Shown piece by piece: positions 1-8,893 of a stretch of 32,000 nt of DNA. This DNA comes from Candidatus Saccharimonadota bacterium (lineage in GTDB: Bacteria > Pseudomonadota > Gammaproteobacteria > Enterobacterales > Enterobacteriaceae_A): contig CP102982.1 in the NCBI GenBank assembly GCA_030849285.1, positions 193,731-225,730 on the forward strand, given 5' to 3'. The notes beneath the pieces were generated by a model. The model saw nothing but the letters and a program-made list of their open reading frames with translations, was not told the origin of the DNA and made no database searches. Both the position numbers and the translations under genes were made by a program. Positions within the stretch are counted from its first letter, which is position 1, and each line of letters begins with the position of its first letter.

Positions 1-517
1 ATTAAAAAATCAGATAATCTCTCTCCTCCATTTTTAATTTTATTATATTTTTTTAATATATAATTTATAGATTTAGGGTATTTAATTAAATATGATAATA
101 TTTGATTTGTACCCTCTTCTATACGTCTTGAAATATCTATTTCTTCTTCTCTTGTTAATAAATCTAAATAACCCATTTCTCTCATATACATATTTACTGG
201 GTCATTTATTTGATTTATTTCATATTTAATATTTGAAAAAAAAAGTTTATTAAATTTTATTTTTTTTTTTCTATTATTATTATAATTATTATTTTTAATT
301 AAATTTCTTATTTTTTTTTTTTTGGTTTTTTTTTTTTATTTTTTAATACCTTAATATCCATATTATTAATCATTTTAATTATATATTTAATTTTCTCTGA
401 ACATTTTAATTCTAATGGTAATAATTTATATATTTCGTTATATATTATATAACCACTTTTTTTACCATTTTTAATAAGTAATTTTATTTTAGATTGTTGG
501 TTTTTATTTATTTTCAT
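1..517 (-). CDS. rpoD: RNA polymerase sigma-70 factor RpoD, 5' portion (gene runs off the window start); reading frame interrupted at a poly(A) tract
   Basis: ORF 308..517 encodes a region-1.1-like N-terminus (MKINKNQQSKIKLLIKNGKKSGYIIYNEI; cf. E. coli MEQNPQSQLKLLVTRGKEQGYLTYAEV). My hand translation of the minus strand from about 323 down to 1, in the frame offset by one base, gives ...NDPVNMYMREMGYLDLLTREEEIDISRRIEEGTNQILSYLIKYPKSINYILKKYNKIKNGGERLSDFL. This is sigma-70 region 1.2 (E. coli [31 protein letters not shown]). It lies downstream of rpsU-dnaG as in the conserved macromolecular-synthesis operon. Confidence 0.85.
311..323 (-). repeat. A13 homopolymer (coding strand) at the rpoD frame break; a second A12 tract lies at 326..337
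   Basis: Direct count: T x13 at 311..323 and T x12 at 326..337 on the + strand, separated by GG. Confidence 0.95.
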
Positions 518-593
518 ATTTTTATTTAATTAATAAATTAATAAATTTAATTATTTTAAAATTATATATTTTAAAATATTATAATTAATATTT

Positions 594-2360
594 TTAAATA
601 TTATAAATATTAATTATAATATTATTTAATAAATTTATTTTTTTTTTTTCTTTTAAACTTAAATTATTATTTTCAAATTTTGTAATTTTTTTTTTAATTT
701 TTTTTTTAATTATTAAAATTAAAAAATTTATAATATTATTTAAAAAATTTTTTTCAATTAATTTATTATCAAAAGTTTTAATATTAATTTTTAATAAACT
801 TTTAATTATTTTATATGATTCTTTATTACGATAAATTTCTAATAATTGCCCAGTATTAATATTTGGATTTTTATTAATAATATTTAATAAATTTATAAAT
901 ATATTTAACCCAGGGTAATCTTTTTCAATAATTTCTAATTTATTAATAGATGGTATAAATTTTGATAATTTAGGATTTTGTAATAATAATGAAATTATAT
1001 TTCTCATATTAGTTTTTTTTATTGTAGAATATTTATTTAAATTATTTATTTTATTTTTTTTTTTTACCCAATAATTTAATTGAGTTTCATCTATTAAACC
1101 TATTTTAATACTTAATAATTTTCTTAAATTAATTTTTAAAAAATAACCTGGAATTTTTGATATTATATTTAAAGCATCAATACTTAATTTTATTTTATCA
1201 CTTATATTATTTAAATTTAATTTAAATGATATTTTTTCAAATAAAAAATCAGAAAATGATTTAGCATTATCTATTCTATTTTGAAATTTTTCTTTACCTT
1301 CTTTTATTATTAAAATATCAGGATCTTCATTATATGGTAAAAAAACAAATTTTATTTGTTTATCATCTTGTAAATAAGATATACTTTTTTTTAAAGAATT
1401 CCAAGCAGCTTTATAACCTGCATTATCTCCATCATAACAAAATATAATAATTTTAGTTATTTTAAATAATAATTGAATATGATATGTTGATATAGATGTC
1501 CCTAAAGATGATACTACATAATTAATTCCAAATTGATTTAATATTAAATAATCAAAATAACCTTCTACTACTAAAATATATTCTATTTTTTTTTTATTTA
1601 ATTTATATAAACCATAAAGAATTTGATTTTTATGAAATATTTCTGTTTCAGGTGAATTTAAATATTTAGGTAAATTATTATTTAATACTCTACCTCCAAA
1701 ACCTATTGTTCTGTTATTTTTATCCATAATAGGAAACATTATTCTATAAATAAAACGATCATATGCATTATCTCCATTAATAATAATCATACCTGTTTTT
1801 TTTAAAATTTCCCTTTTTTTTTCATTATATCCAAAAATTTTTAAAATATTATTTTTTTTAAAAATAGAAAAACCTAATGAAAATTTTTTAATTGTATATT
1901 CATTTATTCCCCTTTTTTTTAAATAATCAAGGGCTTTATATCCATTTTTTTCAAATAAATTTTTATGATATAAATTTTTAATTTTTTCTAATATATTATA
2001 TAAATTTTTTTTATTTGTTATTTTATATTTATTTTGTTTTTTATTAAATTTATAAATAATTTTTAAATTATTTATTAATGATAATTCTTCTATACTTTCA
2101 ACAAATGTGAATTTTTCATATTCCATTAAAAAATCTAAAGCATTACCATATATATTACATCCAAAACAATAATAAAATTGTTTTTCATTATTTACAGTAA
2201 AAGAAGGGGTTTTTTCATTATGAAAAGGACAACAAGAAACATAATATTTTCCTCTTTTTTTTAAAGGTATACTTTTATTAATTAAATCACTAAGATTTGT
2301 AATATTGATTAAATTCCTAATAAAAGATTTAGAAATTTTATTATATATTTTTTTTTTCAT
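594..2360 (-). CDS. dnaG: DNA primase
   Basis: 588 aa. The zinc-finger/primase N-terminus CCPFHNEKTPSFTVNNEKQFYYCFGC...GNALDFLMEYEKFTFVESIEEL is nearly identical to E. coli DnaG. TOPRIM-region EGYFD is present. Position between rpsU and rpoD. Confidence 0.95.
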   Translation of the reverse strand: MKKKIYNKISKSFIRNLINITNLSDLINKSIPLKKRGKYYVSCCPFHNEKTPSFTVNNEKQFYYCFGCNIYGNALDFLMEYEKFTFVESIEELSLINNLKIIYKFNKKQNKYKITNKKNLYNILEKIKNLYHKNLFEKNGYKALDYLKKRGINEYTIKKFSLGFSIFKKNNILKIFGYNEKKREILKKTGMIIINGDNAYDRFIYRIMFPIMDKNNRTIGFGGRVLNNNLPKYLNSPETEIFHKNQILYGLYKLNKKKIEYILVVEGYFDYLILNQFGINYVVSSLGTSISTYHIQLLFKITKIIIFCYDGDNAGYKAAWNSLKKSISYLQDDKQIKFVFLPYNEDPDILIIKEGKEKFQNRIDNAKSFSDFLFEKISFKLNLNNISDKIKLSIDALNIISKIPGYFLKINLRKLLSIKIGLIDETQLNYWVKKKNKINNLNKYSTIKKTNMRNIISLLLQNPKLSKFIPSINKLEIIEKDYPGLNIFINLLNIINKNPNINTGQLLEIYRNKESYKIIKSLLKINIKTFDNKLIEKNFLNNIINFLILIIKKKIKKKITKFENNNLSLKEKKKINLLNNIIINIYNI

Positions 2361-2382
2361 TTTAATATATATAAATTAAATT

Positions 2383-2592
2383 TTAAAATTTATTTATTTT
2401 ATTATTTTCATTTTTTTTTTTAATACGTCTTTTTATAGCAGAAATTTTTAATCTTTTACGTTTTGTAGTTGGTTTTTCATAAAATTCTCTTTTTTTTAAT
2501 TCTGATAAAATACCAGATTTTTCACATATTCTTTTAAAACGTCTTAAAGAAACTTCAAAGGGTTCGTTTTCTTTAATTATAATTCTTGGCAT
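2383..2592 (-). CDS. rpsU: 30S ribosomal protein S21
   Basis: [47 protein letters not shown] matches E. coli S21 ([47 protein letters not shown]). Confidence 0.95.
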   Translation of the reverse strand: MPRIIIKENEPFEVSLRRFKRICEKSGILSELKKREFYEKPTTKRKRLKISAIKRRIKKKNENNKINKF

Positions 2593-2658
2593 TTCAAATT
2601 TCTCATTATAATTTTAAAAATTAAAATAATTAATATTAATAAATTTTTATTTTAAATA

Positions 2659-2731
2659 CTCCTCTGACTGGATTTGAACCAGTGACATACGGATTAACAG
2701 TCCGTTGTTCTACCAACTGAACTACAGAGGA
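2659..2731 (-). tRNA. tRNA-Asn (anticodon GTT), no encoded CCA
   Basis: Hand-folded cloverleaf on the minus strand: tcctctg/ta/gttc-agttggta-gaac/a/acgga-ctGTTaa-tccgt/atgtc/actgg-ttcaaat-ccagt/cagagga/g. Close to E. coli tRNA-Asn. It is a GC-rich island in an AT-rich background. Confidence 0.9.
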
Positions 2732-2914
2732 ATTTAATTTTAAAATATATTATATTTTATAATTTTAAAAAGTCAATAATTATATTTTAATTTTATAATT
2801 ATAAAATTCTAATATTATTTAATAATTAATTATATTTATATATATATAATTTATAAAAGGTGTAAAAATTATTTTTAATTTAATTTTATAATAATTAAAA
2901 TATTATGAGAAATA

Positions 2915-3937
2915 ATGATATTTAAAATTTTAGAAAAATTATATAATTTTAACTTTATAAATAAATTTGAAAGTTACAAATTATTTAATGAAATTTATAA
3001 TAAAAAATTAAATAATAAAAAAATAATTTCATTTATTATTAGTATAAAAATAAGAGGTTATTATATAGAAGAAATATTAGGTTCTATAAAATTATTACTT
3101 AAAAAAACAAAAGGGGGTGTAAAACCTAATTATTTATTTTGTGATATTGTTGGTACAGGCGGTGATAATATAAATAGTATTAATATATCAACAGCAAGTG
3201 CATTTATTGCTTCAATTTATGGTATAAAAATTTTAAAACATGGAAACTATAGTATTTTAAATTTATCTGGATCATTTAATATATTATCTAAATTTAATAT
3301 AAAATTAAATATTAATCCTTTTAAAATAATTAATATATTAAATAAATTTGGAATTTTTTTTTTAATTGCAACAAAATATAATTCTATTTTTAATAATATT
3401 ATATTAATTAGAAAAAAAATTAAAAGTAATACATTATTTAATATTATTGCTCCTCTTATTAATCCTTTTAAACCTAAAGTAATTTTAATTGGAGTAAATA
3501 ATATTAATTTAATAATAATTATTATAAAAATATTAAAAATTTTAAAATATAAAAATGCAGCTGTAGTTCATGGTGGTGGTATAGATGAGTTAGCAATTCA
3601 TTCTAATACATATATATCAGAACTTAAAAATAATTATATTACAACTTATCAAATAGAACCCAATTTAATAGGATTTAAAAAATATCCATTAAATAAAATT
3701 TTAAATTCAAAAAAAAAAAATTATATTATTTTTAAAAATATTTTAAAAGGTAAAGGTAGTAATATTCATAATAAAATAATATCTATTAATGTTAGTTTAT
3801 TATTAAAATTACTTGGTAAAACAGATTTAATTAAAAATAATAAAATATTATTAAAAATTATTAAAAGTGGTTATATTATAGATAAAATTAATATATTTTT
3901 AAAAAAGGAATTATGTTTTAATGAAAACAATACTTAA
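2915..3937 (+). CDS. trpD: anthranilate phosphoribosyltransferase (PRT domain only, no fused TrpG domain)
   Basis: 340 aa. Motifs DIVGTGGD, KHGN(Y), PLINP and HGGGIDEL are collinear with the TrpD family. It is first in a trpD-C-B-A array. Several canonical motif residues have diverged (see findings). Confidence 0.85.
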   Translation: MIFKILEKLYNFNFINKFESYKLFNEIYNKKLNNKKIISFIISIKIRGYYIEEILGSIKLLLKKTKGGVKPNYLFCDIVGTGGDNINSINISTASAFIASIYGIKILKHGNYSILNLSGSFNILSKFNIKLNINPFKIINILNKFGIFFLIATKYNSIFNNIILIRKKIKSNTLFNIIAPLINPFKPKVILIGVNNINLIIIIIKILKILKYKNAAVVHGGGIDELAIHSNTYISELKNNYITTYQIEPNLIGFKKYPLNKILNSKKKNYIIFKNILKGKGSNIHNKIISINVSLLLKLLGKTDLIKNNKILLKIIKSGYIIDKINIFLKKELCFNENNT

Positions 3938-5282
3938 TAATATTATAATTAATAAATTAAATTGGATTTCAAATTATAAAAAAAAAATACCTTTAAATTT
4001 TTTAAAATTAAATATTAAAAAAAGTAAACGGTTTTTTTATAAATCTTTAAAAAAAAATTATACTGTTTTTATTTTGGAATGTAAAAAAGCTTCTCCTTCT
4101 AAAGGTATAATAAGAGAAAATTTTAATATATCAAAAATTGTTTCTATATATAAAAAATATGCAAATGTTATTTCTGTAATAACAGATGAAAAATATTTTT
4201 GTGGTAATTTTAAATTTTTATTAGAAGCAAGTAAAAATACTAATTTACCTATTTTATGTAAAGATTTTATTATAGATGAATATCAAATTTATTTAGCTAG
4301 ATATTATAAAGCTGATGCAATTTTATTAATGTTATCAATATTAAATAATAAACAATATAGAAAATTAGAATTAATAGCTAAAAAATTAAATATGGGCATA
4401 TTAACAGAAATTTTAACTGAAAATGATCTTAAACGTGCTATAAATTTAAAAGCAAAAATTATTGGTATTAATAATCGTAATTTAAATAATTTAAATATTG
4501 ATTTAGAACGTACTAAAAAATTATCTATTAAAATACCTAAAAATATTATAATTATAAGTGAATCAGGTATTAATAATAATATTCAAATTAGAAAGATTAG
4601 TAAATATGTTAATGGTTTTTTAATAGGTAGTACTTTAATGTCTGAAAAAGATCTTAATTTTTCAGTTTGTAAATTACTTTTAGGTGAAAATAAAATTTGC
4701 GGTTTAACTTGTAGAAAAGATATTAAAATAGTATATAAAAATGGGATAATATACGGAGGTTTAATATTTATAAAAAATTCAATTAGAAAAATAAATGTCA
4801 AGAAAGCATTTAATATTATTTCAAATATTCATTTAAAATATATTGGAGTTTTTAAAAATAAAAATATTAAAAATATAATTAAAATAAGTGAATATTTACA
4901 ATTATATGCTATTCAATTACATGGAGATGAAAATCAAAATTATATAAATATATTGAGAAAATTATTACCTAAAAAAATTCAAATTTGGAAAGCATTAAAA
5001 ATATTTAAAAAAATACCAAAAAGAAAATTTAAATATGTTGAAAAATATATTTTTGATAATAAAAATGGAGGTACAGGTAAAAAATTTAATTGGAATTTAA
5101 TTAAAAAAGAATTTAATTTAAATAACGTTATTTTAGCAGGGGGGATAAATATTAAAAATTGTATTGAAGCTATAAATTTAGGTGTTATAGGTTTAGATTT
5201 TAATTCAAGTATAGAAATTAAACCCGGTTTTAAAAATAAAAAAATTTTAAATTCATTATTTAATATTTTAAGAAATTATTAA
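3921..5282 (+). CDS. trpC: bifunctional indole-3-glycerol-phosphate synthase / phosphoribosylanthranilate isomerase
   Basis: 453 aa, collinear with E. coli TrpC(F): FILECKKASPSKGIIRE, ITDEKYFCGNF, ILCKDFIIDEYQIYLARYYKADAILLML, GINNRNL, ISESGI, LLGENKICGLT, IYGGLIF, QLHGDE, LAGGI, GLDFNS. Overlaps the trpD stop by 17 nt. Confidence 0.95.
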   Translation: MKTILNNIIINKLNWISNYKKKIPLNFLKLNIKKSKRFFYKSLKKNYTVFILECKKASPSKGIIRENFNISKIVSIYKKYANVISVITDEKYFCGNFKFLLEASKNTNLPILCKDFIIDEYQIYLARYYKADAILLMLSILNNKQYRKLELIAKKLNMGILTEILTENDLKRAINLKAKIIGINNRNLNNLNIDLERTKKLSIKIPKNIIIISESGINNNIQIRKISKYVNGFLIGSTLMSEKDLNFSVCKLLLGENKICGLTCRKDIKIVYKNGIIYGGLIFIKNSIRKINVKKAFNIISNIHLKYIGVFKNKNIKNIIKISEYLQLYAIQLHGDENQNYINILRKLLPKKIQIWKALKIFKKIPKRKFKYVEKYIFDNKNGGTGKKFNWNLIKKEFNLNNVILAGGINIKNCIEAINLGVIGLDFNSSIEIKPGFKNKKILNSLFNILRNY

Positions 5283-5334
5283 TTTAATAAATTATAAAAA
5301 AATAATAATTTAAGGTAAAAAAAAAAAAAAAATT

Positions 5335-6516
5335 ATGAAAAAAACACTTAATCCTTATTTTGGTAATTTTGGAGGACAATATGTTCCTCAAATTCTTATA
5401 CCTCCATTAAATGAATTAGAAAAATATTTTTTAAATTCTTTAAATGATAATAATTTTAAAACAAAATTTTTAAATTTACTCAGAAATTATGCTGGTCGAC
5501 CTACTCCATTAACATTATGTAAAAATATAACAAAAAAAACAAATACAAAATTATATTTAAAACGTGAAGATTTATTACATGGTGGTGCACATAAAACAAA
5601 TCAAGTTTTAGGACAAGCATTATTAGCTAAAAAAATGAATAAGAGTAAAATTATTGCTGAAACTGGAGCTGGTCAACATGGAGTTGCATCCGCTTTTGCT
5701 AGCGCTTTATTAGGTTTAAAATGTAGAATTTATATGGGAGAAAAAGATTTAAAAAGACAGATGCCTAATGTTTTTAGAATGCGTCTTATGGGAGCAAAAG
5801 TAATACCGGTAAAATCAGGTTCTTCTACACTTAAAGATGCTTGTAATGAAGCATTAAGAGATTGGTCTGAAAATTACAAAACATCGTATTATATGTTAGG
5901 AACTGTAGCTGGACCTCATCCATATCCTATTATTGTTCGTGAATTTCAAAAAATAATAGGTGAAGAAACTAAAAAACAAATAATTGAAAAAGAAAAAAAA
6001 CTTCCGAATATAATTTTAGCATGTATTGGAGGTGGTTCTAACGCTATTGGAATATTTTCTAAATTTATTAATGATAATAATGTTAAATTAATTGGTGTTG
6101 AACCAGCAGGATTAGGTTTAAATTCTAATAAACATAGCGCAACTATAAATTGTGGTAGTTTAGGAATATATTTTGGTATGAAATCTTTAATAATTCAAAA
6201 TAATGATGGTCAAATAAAAGAATCATATTCTATATCAGCAGGATTAGATTTTCCATCTGTAGGCCCTGAACATGCTTTTTTAAATAGTATAGGAAGAATA
6301 AAATATGTTTCTATTACTGATAATGAAGCATTAGAAGCTTTCACTCTTTTATCACATTATGAAGGTATTATTCCAGCATTAGAATCATCACATGCTTTAG
6401 CGTATGCAATAAAAATTATTTATAAAAATCCAAAAAAAAAACAAATAATAATTGTGAATTTATCTGGACGTGGGGATAAAGATATTTTTACAATTTATGA
6501 TATTTTAGAAAAATAA
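5335..6516 (+). CDS. trpB: tryptophan synthase beta subunit
   Basis: 393 aa. [46 protein letters not shown] (PLP-lysine motif), [18 protein letters not shown]. Very high similarity to E. coli TrpB. Confidence 0.97.
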   Translation: MKKTLNPYFGNFGGQYVPQILIPPLNELEKYFLNSLNDNNFKTKFLNLLRNYAGRPTPLTLCKNITKKTNTKLYLKREDLLHGGAHKTNQVLGQALLAKKMNKSKIIAETGAGQHGVASAFASALLGLKCRIYMGEKDLKRQMPNVFRMRLMGAKVIPVKSGSSTLKDACNEALRDWSENYKTSYYMLGTVAGPHPYPIIVREFQKIIGEETKKQIIEKEKKLPNIILACIGGGSNAIGIFSKFINDNNVKLIGVEPAGLGLNSNKHSATINCGSLGIYFGMKSLIIQNNDGQIKESYSISAGLDFPSVGPEHAFLNSIGRIKYVSITDNEALEAFTLLSHYEGIIPALESSHALAYAIKIIYKNPKKKQIIIVNLSGRGDKDIFTIYDILEK

Positions 6517-6524
6517 GGAAATTA

Positions 6525-7334
6525 ATGGGTCGATATAAAAAATTATTTAAAAATTTAAATAATAAAAAACAAGGTGCTTTTATTCCATTTTTAATATTAG
6601 GAGATCCTAATTTTGAAATATCAATTGAAATAATTAAATTTTTAATTTTAAATGGTGCTGATGCACTTGAATTAGGAATACCATTTTCTGACCCCTTAGC
6701 AGATGGTGTAATTATTCAAAATTCAATATTACGTTCTTTTAAATCTAAAATTACACTTAAAAAATGCTTTGAAATTATATCTATTATTCGTAAAAAATAT
6801 AATAACATTCCTATAGGTATTTTAACATATGCAAACTTAGTATTTTATAAAGGTATTAATAATTTTTACAATAATTGTAAAAAAGCAGGAATTGATTCAA
6901 TTCTTATAGCTGATTTACCTTTAGAAGAATCTAAAATATTTATTAAATTTTCTATTATTTATAATATAAAACAAGTTTTTATTTGCCCACCTAATTCCAA
7001 TAATAAATTATTATTTAAAATATCTAATAATAGTAAGGGTTATGTTTATTTATTATCACGTTCTGGAATTACAGGAACTGAAAAAAAAATAATAAAACCT
7101 GATACTTATATAGTTAATAAATTAATTAAATATAATTCCCCTCCTATTATACAAGGTTTTGGTATTTTTAAACCTTCTCAAGTTCGTTATGCTATTAAAA
7201 TAGGTATCTCTGGTATAATATCAGGTTCTGCTATAATTAAAATTATAGAGCAAAATCAAAATAATTTAACTATAATGTTTAAAAAATTAAATAAATTTAT
7301 TAAAATAATGAAAAAATCGACTTTTTATAACTAA
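6525..7334 (+). CDS. trpA: tryptophan synthase alpha subunit
   Basis: 269 aa. GAFIPFLILGDP, GADALELGIPFSDPLADGVIIQN is nearly identical to E. coli TrpA. An AAGGA Shine-Dalgarno overlaps the trpB stop. Confidence 0.95.
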   Translation: MGRYKKLFKNLNNKKQGAFIPFLILGDPNFEISIEIIKFLILNGADALELGIPFSDPLADGVIIQNSILRSFKSKITLKKCFEIISIIRKKYNNIPIGILTYANLVFYKGINNFYNNCKKAGIDSILIADLPLEESKIFIKFSIIYNIKQVFICPPNSNNKLLFKISNNSKGYVYLLSRSGITGTEKKIIKPDTYIVNKLIKYNSPPIIQGFGIFKPSQVRYAIKIGISGIISGSAIIKIIEQNQNNLTIMFKKLNKFIKIMKKSTFYN

Positions 7335-7344
7335 TTTATTTATA

Positions 7345-8346
7345 TTATTTTATTAAATTAATTTTTTTTTTAATTTTATTTAAATTTCTTTTTGCAATTT
7401 TTCTTGCTTTAATAGTACCATCATATATTATATCTTTTAAAAAAGATTTTTTATTTCTAATATTATAATAATTTTCTTGTATTCTTTCTATAAAAAAAGA
7501 TAAAATTTTTGATGTTTCATATTTTAGATCACTATACATTTTTCCATTAAATTTTTTTTCTATTTCATTTATTTTATTTCCAGTTAAACTCGAAAAAATA
7601 TTTAATATATTTGAAATACCAGGTTTATTTATAATATCATATTTAATATTATAATTTTTATCAGAATCAGTTTTTGCTAACTTTATTTTTTTTAAAATAT
7701 TTTGTTTTTTTTCTAACAAATAAATAACATTATTATAATTACCATCAGATTTAGACATTTTTTTATTTGGTTCTTGTAAAGATAATATTTTACCTCCATA
7801 TTTCAATATACATGGTTTAGGAATATTAAATATATTTCCATAAATATTATTAAATCTATTAGCGATATTTCTGCATAATTCAATATGTTGTTTTTGATCA
7901 TTACCTATAGGTACATAAGATGTTTTATATAATAAAATATCAGATGCCATTAAAACTGGATATATAAAAATTCCAGAATTTATATTTTTAAAATTATATT
8001 TTATTAATTTATTTTTAAATTGTGTCATTCGTTTTAATTCTCCATAATAAGTATAACTATTTAATATCCAACTTAATTGTGTATGTTCTAAAATATTAGA
8101 TTGTATAAATATAATACTTTTTTTTGGATTAACACCGCATGCTAAATATAATGATAAGGTATCCAAAATAGTATCATTTAAATTAAAATTTATTTTATTA
8201 ACAGTTATTGTATGTAAATCTACAATGCAAAAAATACAAGTATATTTTTTTTGCATTTTAACCCATTGTTTTATTACACCTATATAATTACCGATTGTTA
8301 ATTTTCCTGATGGTTGAATTCCACTAAATACAATTTTTTTTTTCAT
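7345..8346 (-). CDS. trpS: tryptophan--tRNA ligase
   Basis: 333 aa class I aaRS. SGIQPSGKLTIGNYIG (HIGH-equivalent), KMSKS present (KKMSKSD), GNDQKQHIEL. Confidence 0.95.
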   Translation of the reverse strand: MKKKIVFSGIQPSGKLTIGNYIGVIKQWVKMQKKYTCIFCIVDLHTITVNKINFNLNDTILDTLSLYLACGVNPKKSIIFIQSNILEHTQLSWILNSYTYYGELKRMTQFKNKLIKYNFKNINSGIFIYPVLMASDILLYKTSYVPIGNDQKQHIELCRNIANRFNNIYGNIFNIPKPCILKYGGKILSLQEPNKKMSKSDGNYNNVIYLLEKKQNILKKIKLAKTDSDKNYNIKYDIINKPGISNILNIFSSLTGNKINEIEKKFNGKMYSDLKYETSKILSFFIERIQENYYNIRNKKSFLKDIIYDGTIKARKIAKRNLNKIKKKINLIK

Positions 8347-8461
8347 ATTTACTCTATATAAATATTATAAAATAATATTTAATATATTATATTTTAAAAA
8401 AAATTAAAATTAAAAAATTTTTTAAAAAAACAATTTTAATAAAATATATTTATTTTAAAAA

Positions 8462-8746
8462 TTATATAATTAAAAAATCAATATGAATAATTTTTGGTTT
8501 AAATGAATGCCATTGAATATCATGAATTTTAACTTTTATTTTTTTTTTATTAATATTTATAATTAAGGGTTTAATATAAAAAATTTTATTAAATTCAATA
8601 TTTTTAATATCTTTATTTTTAATTTCAATATTTAAATTTTTTTTTTTTTTTCCATAAATAATAGCGGGGAATTTATTTTTTAAACGTAAACGTCTACTTG
8701 AACCTTTACCTACTAATTTACGATTTATTCCATTAATTATAAACAT
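8462..8746 (-). CDS. rplY: 50S ribosomal protein L25
   Basis: 94 aa. [32 protein letters not shown] matches E. coli L25 ([32 protein letters not shown]). Confidence 0.9.
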   Translation of the reverse strand: [94 protein letters not shown]

Positions 8747-8893
8747 TAATTTATTATTTTAAATATTTTAAATTATTTTATATAAAATATAAAATTTATT
8801 ATTTAATATTTTTATAATATTTTAAGGATTAAATTTAAATTTAAATTTAAATAAAATAATTAATTATACTTTAATAATATATATAAATTAATA

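Noticed and set aside
308-517. Treating ORF 308..517 as an independent small protein gene
   Set aside because: Its sequence is the sigma-70 region 1.1 N-terminus, and the remainder of rpoD follows directly in a shifted frame. It is part of rpoD rather than a separate gene.
2732-2914. Sigma-70 promoter calls (TATAAT-like and TTGACA-like hexamers), here and in the other spacers
   Set aside because: TATAAT-like hexamers occur every few dozen bases in roughly 85% A+T DNA, and no convincing -35/-10 pair with 16-18 nt spacing stood out. Any call would be noise without transcript 5'-end data.
4583-4801. 72-aa ORF antisense to trpC
   Set aside because: It lies entirely within the well-supported trpC(F) coding sequence on the opposite strand. 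The product is low-complexity and hydrophobic with no recognisable motif. It is the kind of chance ORF expected in AT-rich DNA.
7335-8346. trpS abutting trpA (10-bp gap), considered as a tryptophan 'supra-operon'
   Set aside because: The genes are convergent on opposite strands, so they cannot be co-transcribed. The juxtaposition is most simply explained by deletion of intervening DNA.
8831-8852. Tandem AAATTT x3 repeat in the rplY-htpX spacer; checked as a possible CRISPR or minisatellite
   Set aside because: It is only about 22 nt of low-complexity A/T sequence, with no spacer-repeat architecture. Such runs are expected by chance at this base composition.
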